56,592 nt of DNA, taken from Candidatus Woesearchaeota archaeon (GTDB lineage Archaea > Nanobdellota > Nanobdellia > Pacearchaeales > GW2011-AR1). This document shows positions 26,671 to 37,600 of this stretch, one piece after another (position 1 is the stretch's first letter; each line of letters starts with the position of its first letter). The translations under genes were made by a program, and so were the position numbers. The notes below the pieces were generated by a model. The model searched no databases. It saw nothing but the letters and a program-made list of their open reading frames with translations, and was not told the DNA's origin. Location of the stretch: NCBI GenBank assembly GCA_964364885.1, contig CAYIOA010000001.1, positions 1 through 56,592 of the forward strand. Reading direction: 5' to 3'.

Positions 26671-29084
26671 GTTCTAACCTGAACCTCTGTTGACCATGTA
26701 AATGGAATTCCTGTAACTTCGCTGAAATCAATCTGCATATCCTGCTCTGAAAACTTAGTGTCTATCTTGTTATTAAGATTAAAATCAAGAATTCTCAATA
26801 AGTTGTAAACAGCTCCCTGCAAAGCATCATTTCCGTCATACTGCTGGATATTCTCCTGATAATAGCAGACATTCGCTCCAGAATATGCAGAAGGAATGGA
26901 AATTGTTAAATTAGAATCATCCTCAAATTGAATATTCCAGTTGCATCCCTCTGTAATAGAAGCTATAGAAGAATAGGCTAAAAAATCTTTTGCAATTGTA
27001 TAAATTATCTTGTTAGAAGATGTTCCAACGCTATAATTAGCCGGAGAAATTCCAATGCTGACATTAACTATATTGTTTCCTTGTATAAAAGAGTTAGGTA
27101 TGTTAATAGCATACGGATCTCCTAAACTGACATATTCACTTCCATAATCGCCAAGCTCATAAATAGGAATTTCATTAATCAAAACATTATTAGTCCACTG
27201 CGGCCCAGAATAAGAAATAACTTTTGTTTCAACAATTGTAGAATCATTAGAAACTGAAAAACTCCCTGAAGCAGCATTATTAAAAACTTTTTCTACACTC
27301 GTCAGCAGGCCAAATGGAGGAGGCTCCTTTACATAGCTGAATTCTATATAAGAATCAGGATAAAGTCTTGTATAAACATTTCCTATTGCCAAAATTGTCT
27401 GCTCTTTATATAAAGCAGAAAGAATATTATTCGCTATTTGTTTATAAATATCAACTAACTCGCTAACACTTCCAAAATAATAATCTCCTCCTCCACACGC
27501 AGCAATCTGCTGAAGAGTGTCCTCATCCGCCCCATTACCAAATCCTACAGCATGAACAGTGATATTATAATTATTATGTGCCTCGCACGCCGCCTGAATA
27601 GCATCATTCTTCGGATTTCCAGTATTCTGCTCATCACATTTTTTATTAGCTCCCCCGTCGCTCATAACAATCATTGACTTAAGTCTGTAAATGGAAGAGT
27701 TTGCAGCAAACTCGCTGGCAGCCCTATTAATCCCACAGCAAATGCAGGTAAACCCTCCGGCACTCCAGCTGTCTACTTCACTTTTCAAAGAAGCACTATT
27801 ATTCGAAAGAGAATGAAAATAATCTTGATAAGCTAGACTGCTGTAACCAACAAGCCCGACTCTGTTTCCAGAAACATTAAGAACAACATCTATTAAAATT
27901 TTATTTGACTCCTTAACAGCGATTAATTCAGCTCCCACCATGCTTCCCGAAAGGTCTGAAACAGAAATAACATCTGCATTAGTGCTCAGATTGCCGGCAT
28001 AAGAAACATTTTCCATTCCAAATCTAACTGGGATTGTGTTCTTGCTTAATGAATTATAATCAAGCAAAGAAGAAAGCTGCGCGTTATCAATCAAGAAACT
28101 CTGCTCGCCCTGAGTTGAATTCCTAAACACAGTTTTGTTTCCTATATTCAAAAAAGTATTATAAGAACTGTTGAAATGTAAATAAATCTCCAATGCGCTC
28201 AAATTTCCAGGAACATAAAATCCATCATAGACATTAATAAGTCCGCTAACACCGGGAAAAGAATACTTAGAAGCGTGCTCGTACTGCGCTCCGCTGATAT
28301 CATAATCAACCTTGATAAATCCGCCAGCGATATAAAGATTGTCTCCTTTTATATCAATAACATTCGCCCCGGAATTAAAATAACTAAGATTCCCGCCAAC
28401 CAGATTATATCTCACAGGAGTAAAATCAGAAGGAGATTCCTTATATCTCCCAGCATAATTTCCGTTTATATACAAATCAAAATCATTATTTATTGCTAAT
28501 TCAATTTCAGCAGAATTAATTGTTCCATTATAATCAACTCCCGCAGTTATATTGCCGTCTCCAGCATACCCCCCAAAGTAAAAATATTTGCTTCTCAGAT
28601 TGCTTGTTAAAAAAGCCCTTGCTGAAAATCCGCTGACACTTCCTCCTTCTTTAATCCCGGAAATAACCTGGCGCGCGGTGTCAATCCTTTCAGCTGTTTC
28701 AATCGGTGTAGAGTTTAAAGAAGAAATTAGCTTGTCGCCATACCAAATTCCAACATTCATATTCCCAAAATCCAGCTCAGAAAAAATAGAATCACTAAAA
28801 CTCCTTGAGAGGTTTATATCTGTAACATAAATCTCCCCGATCTGCTCCAGCAAAGAATTATTAGTGTTGTTTATCACGCCCTGGGCTACAAGAGACTGCA
28901 CATAGCTGTTGTTTATCTCGCTGACTTTCAAAGAGGAAAAAGTGTTTATAATATCGTAATGAACCTCGACATTTGGCTCGCTCTTAAAAAACACAGGATA
29001 AGAAATAATCAGCACAAGTAGTATAATTATTAGCGCTATCAAAGAATCTATGCTGAAAAAAACACCTCTTTTTTTTATTGCCAT
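26661..29084 (-). CDS. Large pilin-like protein with a von Willebrand factor A domain (TadG/PilY1-analogous tip adhesin candidate)
   Basis: KKRG|VFFSIDSLIALIIILLVL N-terminus. MIDAS-like DVISVSDLSGSM and a downstream MSDGGAN. 807 aa. Confidence 0.75.
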   Translation of the reverse strand: MAIKKRGVFFSIDSLIALIIILLVLIISYPVFFKSEPNVEVHYDIINTFSSLKVSEINNSYVQSLVAQGVINNTNNSLLEQIGEIYVTDINLSRSFSDSIFSELDFGNMNVGIWYGDKLISSLNSTPIETAERIDTARQVISGIKEGGSVSGFSARAFLTSNLRSKYFYFGGYAGDGNITAGVDYNGTINSAEIELAINNDFDLYINGNYAGRYKESPSDFTPVRYNLVGGNLSYFNSGANVIDIKGDNLYIAGGFIKVDYDISGAQYEHASKYSFPGVSGLINVYDGFYVPGNLSALEIYLHFNSSYNTFLNIGNKTVFRNSTQGEQSFLIDNAQLSSLLDYNSLSKNTIPVRFGMENVSYAGNLSTNADVISVSDLSGSMVGAELIAVKESNKILIDVVLNVSGNRVGLVGYSSLAYQDYFHSLSNNSASLKSEVDSWSAGGFTCICCGINRAASEFAANSSIYRLKSMIVMSDGGANKKCDEQNTGNPKNDAIQAACEAHNNYNITVHAVGFGNGADEDTLQQIAACGGGDYYFGSVSELVDIYKQIANNILSALYKEQTILAIGNVYTRLYPDSYIEFSYVKEPPPFGLLTSVEKVFNNAASGSFSVSNDSTIVETKVISYSGPQWTNNVLINEIPIYELGDYGSEYVSLGDPYAINIPNSFIQGNNIVNVSIGISPANYSVGTSSNKIIYTIAKDFLAYSSIASITEGCNWNIQFEDDSNLTISIPSAYSGANVCYYQENIQQYDGNDALQGAVYNLLRILDFNLNNKIDTKFSEQDMQIDFSEVTGIPFTWSTEVQVRTWS

Positions 29085-29093
29085 CTTATATAA

Positions 29094-29576
29094 CTATTCC
29101 CACAAATATATAGTTAATGTTATTGGAACATCTTTATATATGCTAACTCTCGTAATCCTTACTAAATTATCCGAATTTGGGTCCAGCAGTCCAATCCCTT
29201 CTATTCTAGACCCGCCAATAACAACCGATTCAGAAAGATTAACATAATAATTATGCCTGATGCCGAATAATGTTTTTGTTTTCCCATAATCAATTTGCGC
29301 AAGATTATAAAAACTCTCCAGTTTTGTTTCATTTATCTTCTTGTCAGTTAACAGTCCAATTTTGACAACACTGCTTTCATCCCAATTGCTAGGATATCCC
29401 TCCGAAAGCAGAGTATTTGAAACAATTTCTCCTTCATGGCTCAAAATACTAAGTTTCTCATCTGTCCCTGAAGAAGAATTCAAAGTGTAAATATAAAGCA
29501 AGAATGCAGCAGCTAAAAAAATAATAGCGGAAACAGCCAAATCAAATCCCCATGCCTGGGCTTTGCTCACTTTCAT
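29094..29576 (-). CDS. Pilin-like protein, 160 aa
   Basis: MKVSKA|QAWGFDLAVSAIIFLAAAFLLYIY N-terminus. 4-nt overlap with the KaiC-like gene. Confidence 0.55.
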   Translation of the reverse strand: MKVSKAQAWGFDLAVSAIIFLAAAFLLYIYTLNSSSGTDEKLSILSHEGEIVSNTLLSEGYPSNWDESSVVKIGLLTDKKINETKLESFYNLAQIDYGKTKTLFGIRHNYYVNLSESVVIGGSRIEGIGLLDPNSDNLVRITRVSIYKDVPITLTIYLWE

Positions 29577-30430
29577 TCTCGGTTGTTTTCCAGAAAATTA
29601 GAGGCTGGATTTTTGCTGACGACAATGCCTTTGCCGGAAATATCAAATGGATAGACTTTCTTTGAATGTTTAGTCCCTCTCATCTTCAAAACTTCTAGAA
29701 ACCTCCTCCTCTCTCCTCCGTTTCTCACAAAATACAAAACAACAATAGCATCTGCTTCAAATTCCAATGTCCTGGAGGAAATCTTGCTCTGGTCAGAAGA
29801 CTCAACCTCAAGTGTCAATAGCGAAGTGCAGTCCCAATCTCGAATCATGCCGAACAAAAACAAAGCGGCTTCTCTCTTAGAAAGTTCATCCTCAAACAGC
29901 AGCTCAAAAGAAGTGATGCTGTCAATAACCATTCTGCTTATCTTTTTTCCAACTACAATAGTCTCGATAAATCCCCCTCCTTCTTCAAGCATTGTTTTAA
30001 CCTTGCTGGGGGTGTATTCCAAAAAAGTAAATAGCCCTTTTTTTTCGTAACTCTCCAAGTCCCATCCAAAATCTTTCATATTTGCATAAAACTGCTCTTT
30101 CTTTTCTTCAAATGTAACAAATAAACATTTCTCTCCTTTCTCCATGCCTCGAAGCAGAAACTGCACAGCGAAAATAGTTTTCCCGCTTCCAGAACCTCCG
30201 ACTATTAAGCTGGTAGACTTTCTTTCAAAGCCTCCGCCAATAAGAGAGTCAAAATTAGGGATATACGTCGGAACTCTTGCCGTATTATTCTTCAGAGATT
30301 TCCTTTTCTCCTTTTTCTCCTCTTTAACTTTGGCTGAATCGCGCTTATCACTCTTTTCCGGCCTTTTCCCACTGTCTTTATTATTCAGTTTTAATCCCCT
30401 TTCCTCAACACTTCTTTTTAATTTCTTCAT
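29573..30430 (-). CDS. KaiC/RecA-superfamily ATPase (FlaH-like) with a Lys/Ser-rich N-terminal extension
   Basis: FDSLIGGGFERKSTSLIVGGSGSGKTIFAVQFL (Walker A) and VTFEE. About 55-aa basic N-terminal tail. Confidence 0.85.
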   Translation of the reverse strand: MKKLKRSVEERGLKLNNKDSGKRPEKSDKRDSAKVKEEKKEKRKSLKNNTARVPTYIPNFDSLIGGGFERKSTSLIVGGSGSGKTIFAVQFLLRGMEKGEKCLFVTFEEKKEQFYANMKDFGWDLESYEKKGLFTFLEYTPSKVKTMLEEGGGFIETIVVGKKISRMVIDSITSFELLFEDELSKREAALFLFGMIRDWDCTSLLTLEVESSDQSKISSRTLEFEADAIVVLYFVRNGGERRRFLEVLKMRGTKHSKKVYPFDISGKGIVVSKNPASNFLENNRE

Positions 30431-30477
30431 CGCCCTTTTTAAAACAAAATACTCTATAAAAACTTATCTAAGAAAAA

Positions 30478-30735
30478 CTATTTCCTGAGATAAAAAACGA
30501 TAAATAAAATAACCAAAATAAGAATAAACATAAAAAAAGCTATAAAGCTCATGAATATAAATTCCTGAGCTTTTAAACCAGTGTAATCCTGTCCCGGGCC
30601 CAGCATAATCTCTGGGGAGCTAAAAAGAATACTCACTAAAATAATAAGCAAAGCAAAAGACACAGCCAGCGTAAAAAAAGCGAGAATCTTCCTTTCTCTT
30701 CTCTTTCTAACACTTCTCTTTCTCTCCCTAATCAT
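30478..30735 (-). CDS. Small membrane protein with two TM helices
   Basis: 85-aa ORF and first gene of the minus-strand pilin operon. No homology recognised. Confidence 0.45.
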   Translation of the reverse strand: MIRERKRSVRKRRERKILAFFTLAVSFALLIILVSILFSSPEIMLGPGQDYTGLKAQEFIFMSFIAFFMFILILVILFIVFYLRK

Positions 30736-30823
30736 GTAAAATTAAGAACTCCAGAGTTTATAAAAATGTTTGATAACACTCTAATCCGGAAAGGTATATA
30801 AATCAGAATCCTTTCTGCCAATT

Positions 30824-31207
30824 ATGAATCAAGATAAGATATTAAACAACAAGCTCATCAATGAACTAAAGAAAGATAAAAGAATCATAGCTGTGCTTTT
30901 ATTCGGCTCGCGTGCAAGAAACGAACAATATAGAGACACTGATATCTGCCTCGTTCTCGACAAAAAATACTCAAATTTAGAAATGTCAAAGATAGTATTA
31001 AAATATTCATCCGAATTGACAGCTAAGCACGATATCCAGGTATTCCAGCAGCTTCCTCTCTACATAAGGCAGAGAATTCTTAAAGAGGGAAAAATACTTT
31101 TATGTATTAACGAACCTGCTCTCTATGACATAGCCTTTGCAACAATAAAAGAATTTGAATATTATAAAAAAATATATTATACATATCTTGAGGCAATGCA
31201 AAAATGA
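30824..31207 (+). CDS. mntA: MNT-type nucleotidyltransferase antitoxin
   Basis: LFGSRARNEQYRDTDICLVLD (GS...DxD polymerase-beta-type NT motif). 4-nt overlap with the HepT gene. Confidence 0.8.
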   Translation: MNQDKILNNKLINELKKDKRIIAVLLFGSRARNEQYRDTDICLVLDKKYSNLEMSKIVLKYSSELTAKHDIQVFQQLPLYIRQRILKEGKILLCINEPALYDIAFATIKEFEYYKKIYYTYLEAMQK

Positions 31208-31638
31208 GAAAAAGCTCAATAGATAAGGAAAAAATTCTTTCTAAGATAGATGAATTAGATGGTTACTTGGAAGAGTTGGAGCAAATTAAGCCCGCTGACT
31301 TTGATGAATACAAAAATTCAATAGAAAAGAAAAGAGCTGTTGAAAGATTGCTACAAATAGCGATAGAAACCGTTATAGATATTTCTAACATCATAGTCTC
31401 TGGTCTTAAACTCGGAATACCATACGATGAAGATTCTCTTTTAGACAAACTGGAAGAAAAAAATGTCATTTCAAAAGAAATAAAAAATATTATGAAGGAA
31501 ATGAAGGGCTTTCGCAATGTTCTAGTCCACAAATACGCAGAAGTCAAAGATGAAATTGTATTCGAAAATCTCAATAAACTTGACGATTTTGATAAATTCA
31601 AGGAAGAAATTCTTTCATTTCTTAAGAAACATTCGTAA
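31204..31638 (+). CDS. hepT: HepT (DUF86/HEPN) toxin
   Basis: Rx4HxY motif in FRNVLVHKYAEV near the C-terminus. 144 aa. Confidence 0.85.
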   Translation: MRKSSIDKEKILSKIDELDGYLEELEQIKPADFDEYKNSIEKKRAVERLLQIAIETVIDISNIIVSGLKLGIPYDEDSLLDKLEEKNVISKEIKNIMKEMKGFRNVLVHKYAEVKDEIVFENLNKLDDFDKFKEEILSFLKKHS

Positions 31639-31642
31639 AAGC

Positions 31643-34600
31643 CTAAACCTTCTCTTCATTTCTCCGTCGCGCAAGAATCCAACTAGCAACAATAATTAAA
31701 ACAACACCAATAGAAATAAATATCACAGTCAGTATTATAGTTACTAATTTATTTTGCTCTTCATCTTGCACAGAAGCAGAAACCCTGCCTCTATTTCCCT
31801 TAGACGTGCTTTTAAAAACCTCTGAGCCAGGACCACTTGCCAAACTCTCTGAACTGCCCACTAAACCTTCTGAACTACTCCCTGAACCTAAATTGCTATT
31901 TGAAGAGTCACCGCTATTCAAAGAACTAATACCACCTAAACTAAGAATGCCTGCCGAACATAGCTCCATAACATGAAGGTTGCCAGAAAATTCGGCATCC
32001 CACGAGTTCCATACAATACGGCTGCCTTGCACGCCGATATTAGAATTAAAATTAGGATATCCTTTGTCTACTTCTAATACTCTGCTGTCATCACTCGTGC
32101 CAGCTATGCCGTCAGCACCCAAGTAATAAAGAAGAATACGTCCATATTCCTGCCAGACAATATATGTTCCGGATATTTCAGGCTCAACGCCAAAAGACAA
32201 ACCACCATACATTCCAGAATCATCTCCTCCGTTATTCTCAAACAATCCATTTGCTCCAAGTCCATATAAAAATATCTCTGGGAGGTATTTCAAATTTCGC
32301 CAGTCTTCCCATACAATCACATTTCCGTCAATAGAAGGATTCTCCTGTCCCTGCGGATTATTCGTTATTCTATCTTCCTGTCCACTAACTATATCCCTCA
32401 TGTATATCTCCCAATTGCCATCTCTCCCATCCTGCCAAACAACTTTAGTATCATAAATATCAGGATTCCATTGGCTTTGCTGATTAATCACAAATGGAAC
32501 TTCTGTATTGGTAGAAAAATCATAAAGATAAATATCCCAATTGCCGTTTCTTTTATCTGCCCAAACAATACTATCGTCATAAATAGACAAATGATTCTTA
32601 TCACTGCCAGTATTAGTTAATTGTGTTGGACCTAAGTCGTCATTTCCATTCTCAAATAATCCATTTACTCCATTATCATAATAAAACACTTCGTAACTCG
32701 GTCCTACAGGACCAAGCCAGACAATTAAATCATCATAAAAGACAAGCTCCCCAACATCAACATATCCGCTAACATCAAACTCATAATGAATATCATCAAA
32801 AGACTTATACAATCCATCAAGTCCTAATTCATGTAAAACTATTTTCTCCTGATTGCTCAAATGATTGTATTCTTTCCATAGAATCTTCGTGTCATACACA
32901 TCACCAAGAGTTCTACTACGCTCAATCCATATAACTGCTTTCTTACTTCCATCATTTGTGTTATGATAAGACCTATCAAGGAACACATCAATCCCGTGCA
33001 CATTCTGCCAAACACCTTGCTGAAGAAGAACAATATCAACAATTGCTGGGCTTGTTACAGAAACACTTGTTACTTTTACACTAGCACTGCTTCCTGTTAT
33101 AACGTCTAAGAGTTCAAAAGTATGCTCCTCTCCGTTATACAAAAACTTATGCGAGGACTTTGGAGAGCTTCCTCCGACTATCAAATCAAATGTCTTCGCG
33201 CCTGATAACTTAATCTCACTCCCGATTTGTCCAAACTGGCAAGCCTGTGAATTCGGCCCCCCGTAGCAATAATTTGAATAACTCTCTCCTCTGTCAATCA
33301 CAGCTACACCAGCATTGGCACAATTCCACCAAGGTAAATACGGTCCGGTATCACCTGATTCATGCACATAAACGCTCCCAGGATAAATACCCTTGCACGC
33401 ATCAAGCGCAGTTTGATAGCACATAAAAATAGGAAACTCGTTGCCGTCACTTTTAATATCAACTTCTTTATACACGTTCATAGAATTGTCAAACTGATTT
33501 CCAGGAAGATTATCATATATCACGCCTAATAAACTGCCCGTGCATGCATTCCCTGTGCATCCATAAGGACATTGATATAATGTTGCGCCAGGAGCCACAC
33601 CAAAGCACGACTTCTCATTAAGCAAAGTATTATCAGCAACCCACTGGCTATTAGTGTCATAACTGCAAATATCACTTGCCCATCCCTCCCTAATCAATAT
33701 AACCTCATTTCCAGAATTACCTGCTCCAATAAACTTAATACCCGAAACATAAACATTGTAATTCCAATCAATAGGATCAAATAATGTAAAAGAGCCAAGC
33801 CAAACTGTTTGAGTAACGCCGTTCATAGTCAAGATTGCCTCATCATCTGAGATAACTTGTAAGCTATATCCTTGATAAACTCCCTCCTGCAAAACCTCCC
33901 CTCTTCCTCCTTTAAAAGAAACAGAGAAAGCCACATAATTATTTCCTCCGTCATAATCCCGGCATATCTGCGCTTCAATAGAAACACATGAATGCAGCAA
34001 AAGCACTGCACTTAACGATGTTGCTGTTTCATCAGCTTCAAGCAAATAAACTTCAATACCGCCTGAAAACACTTTCGCACCATTTTCCGGAATATCACGC
34101 ACTTCCGACCGACCAATATTATCAGTCATTTTTATCGTCGCTGATGTATCAGACGCAGAAACCAGCTCAATCTCGTACAAATCAACACTATCAACTAAAA
34201 TCTGTCTGACAAAATCCTTGTTTGTATCCAAACTAATTTTCACCGCCCCATTAAGAACAAGTATATCATCATCTGAATCTGCTCCGATACTATAATCACT
34301 ATCTAAAAGAGTAAGAAGCGTGCCATAATCAAAAGCAGAAGTGGAAAGCGGCAGTGCTGGAGTAAAAGCAGTCTTATAAGTATAAAACGGTTCTCCAACA
34401 GGGTCTGTAGAAATTTCCAAAATAGTTTCTGGCTCCATGCCAAAAACTGGAGATTTATAAGTCATATCATAACTCCCATAACTCTTAAATGTTATTGACT
34501 GTCCGTAATTATATGAATTATTGCCAGAAGAATCTCTTACAACACCCGAAGCAAGTAAATAAGGTAATTCGCGCTCTCCTATAATAATAGAACCAGAAAC

Positions 34601-37600
34601 ACCAACATTCAGCACAGCGCGGATAATTCCCCCAGTCGTATCTTCATCAGCATCTTCAACTTGAACAATCAACCCAGAAATAATATCGCTCTGTCCTTCA
34701 TGAACAATTCTTGTATCGATCAATCCAGTTTGACTACGCACTTCAATCGTTGCAGTTGTATCACTAGCAGAAACAAGAGTTAAAGTATATTCCACTCCGC
34801 TAATAAAAACTTTTCTCACTGAATTGCCAAAAGTATTATCAAGATAAACAGTTTCAAGTGGAGATTTCTCTCTATGAAAAGGAACTAAAAATGAAAAGAA
34901 TTCGGACTGCTCTCCTCCCTCAACTGTCAAGCGACCATATTGCTGTTTTAATGGAACATTTATGTTTACATTCGATGCCCAAGAATAATTCGTTAGTGTT
35001 ACCGAGCTTCCAAACGAAGTTATTTGTTTATAATAATATCTGTTACTTGATGAAGATGCAAGAGCTTCCCCGCCAGAAGAAAATACAGGCGTTGGAGTTA
35101 AACCTGATAATGTATAAACAGAAGGAACACAAATTGCATTTCCCTCCTCTTCACCAAACACAGGAGGCTCAAGAATAAGAACAGCAGGACCGTGCGCGCT
35201 GTCAAATATACACGGCTGTCCATAAACATAAACACGGTCAAGCAATCCTACGTTTCCAGAACTCCAGCGCACTCCATAATCAATCTTCCCTACAAAAGTG
35301 CTCGTTGAAGCTCCGGCATTATATATAAAAGATGTTCCTTGTAAATAATCATCCACAACAAATCTCCCAGGCACTTGATAAATAATATTTTTATCTACGC
35401 GAGTCTCACTAAGAAACGCGACCTTGGCTCCGCGTTCTGAAGTAAGTATTGGAAATAATCTCATTTCTGGTTGTGCATCGTGAGCTTCAACCCACCCAGA
35501 CTGTGCAAATCCTAAATTGCCCAGATTAATTAAAACACTGCCCTCAACTAACAGCTGTGCGCTAAAGCTCTGTGTCAAGCTATCAAATGATGATTGTATA
35601 ACTCTTATTCTCAAACCATTTACAGCTTCTGTTGTTCCTAAAGCAATGTTGCGCGCCATCGTCGTGGTTGAATCACTTACTCGAACAATAGCACTCGTAG
35701 AACTCGCGCTTTCAATCTTAATAGTATAAATCTGCCCGTCTAAAGTTACATCCCAAGATAGAGAGCCATCTCCGACACCTGCATCCTTTCCATAAGCTAA
35801 TGAATATGTCTCTGCCCCAATAACCAAACTCCCAACTCCCTGTGAGCTTATCGTTGCAGAATAAACATTTCCAGTCAATACATCTCTGAACTCAACAATA
35901 TCACTATTAAATCCAGAATCTATATCCGCCACTCTTTCAACCTCAAACAACCATCCCTGCTCATTCTTTAAACTTGATAGCAAAATTAATTCCTCCTCCC
36001 ACGCACGCTCTCCTTCATACACATGAATAGGGTCATAATTTCTTGCTAAATCAGCCCCGATAATCTTCTGATTCTCATCCTTGCGTGGAGAAGCATATAA
36101 AATCGCCTGATATGGTGTATCAAACACAATACTATCAAAAGACATTTCGCTTGATTGCCCGTCGCCGTATACCTGAATACTATCACTGCCAAAATACCAC
36201 GGAGGAGAAAATGTAAAGTGCAGCGACGCACTGCCTTTTTCAAATACTCTGTCAGTATATGTTTGAGACTTAGTTAAATAAGATGAGGTGTTATCTGCCG
36301 CAGCGTACGAAACACTCATTGAATCCATGCCTGCTCCAGGTATTCCCTGGTTGTCAACAGAAGTTCCGCGCACAAGATTACCCTGAATACCTTTTTGCAC
36401 AACAGAATCATCGTCAAATTTCAGCATAGAACGCACAGAAGAAACACATAACGATTGCTCTACAAAACACTGAGACGAACACCCGTCTCCGCCCCGCGCC
36501 CCGCATTGTGAGCCATCAGTGCAAACTCCATTTAAAGTGCAGTCACTTCCATCCCCACACTGTCGTCCATCATCACAATCTTCTATGCCCTCAATAAGAC
36601 TATCTCCACATAAACTACAAGAGCGTATATCAACAGAATCCTGCGTAACACCAACAATCTCCATATCCTTCCCTAAATAATGAATCTTCAGAGGATTTTG
36701 CGCACTTGTCTGTCTCAAATCAAACGCTCCATTAAAAGCATAATATAAATCTGTAGAAATAGGCTGAACATCAACTATAGCTCCGACAATCGCCAAGGGC
36801 AAAGTTACTCCTGTTCCAACTTCAGGCGAAATTTTTCCAAAAATTAGCTCCTCTGAAGCAGAGTCACTTATACCATTAAAGCTTAAAAATTCTGAAAATC
36901 CTGCAATAGACAAACCAAATCCAAACAAATTATCAGATAACGGCTTTCCAACTGGCAATTGGTGTTGAGTTTGCGCGCCATTCAAAGTCAAAAGAACATT
37001 CGCCAAAACCTGGTCTCCAGGAATATCTATCAAAACTCTATCCTGAAAACTATTAGTCGCCTGATTCCCGATTTTAATTCCGTATGTTGTCATAACGCCA
37101 GAAGTCGTCCCTTTCTGAACCCTTCCCTGATTAGCAACCTCTGCTCCGCTGATCTCTATTTCCGCAGCCTCTGGAATTTGCGGCTGATTGCCAAGTCCTG
37201 CAATCTTTCCGTTTAAACTATCAAATAAAAATTTCATACTGATAATCTCTTGCGTTAACAACTCCGGAGTATCTCCTTTCGTTTCAATAAGCAAATCAAT
37301 AATATTATTGCTCCCTGAATCTCTCACCAGCTTTATGACTGCATTATTTCCAGTTGTTTGTAAATGCTCAACATGGAAAATAGAAACTGGCTGTTGTGTG
37401 CTATCAGGAACAGAAACTTCACCCAAGTATTGAAGAACTCCTAAAATTTCTCCGTAAATATCTGCTTTTAAGATACTCCCGACAATTTTTGTCTCAAGTA
37501 AAATCGCGCTTGTTCTTTGTCCGTTATAGCCTTGATTAATATCCCATCCCGCGTCATCAATAACAAATATCTCTCCATTGGATTTATCTTTAATCTCAAT

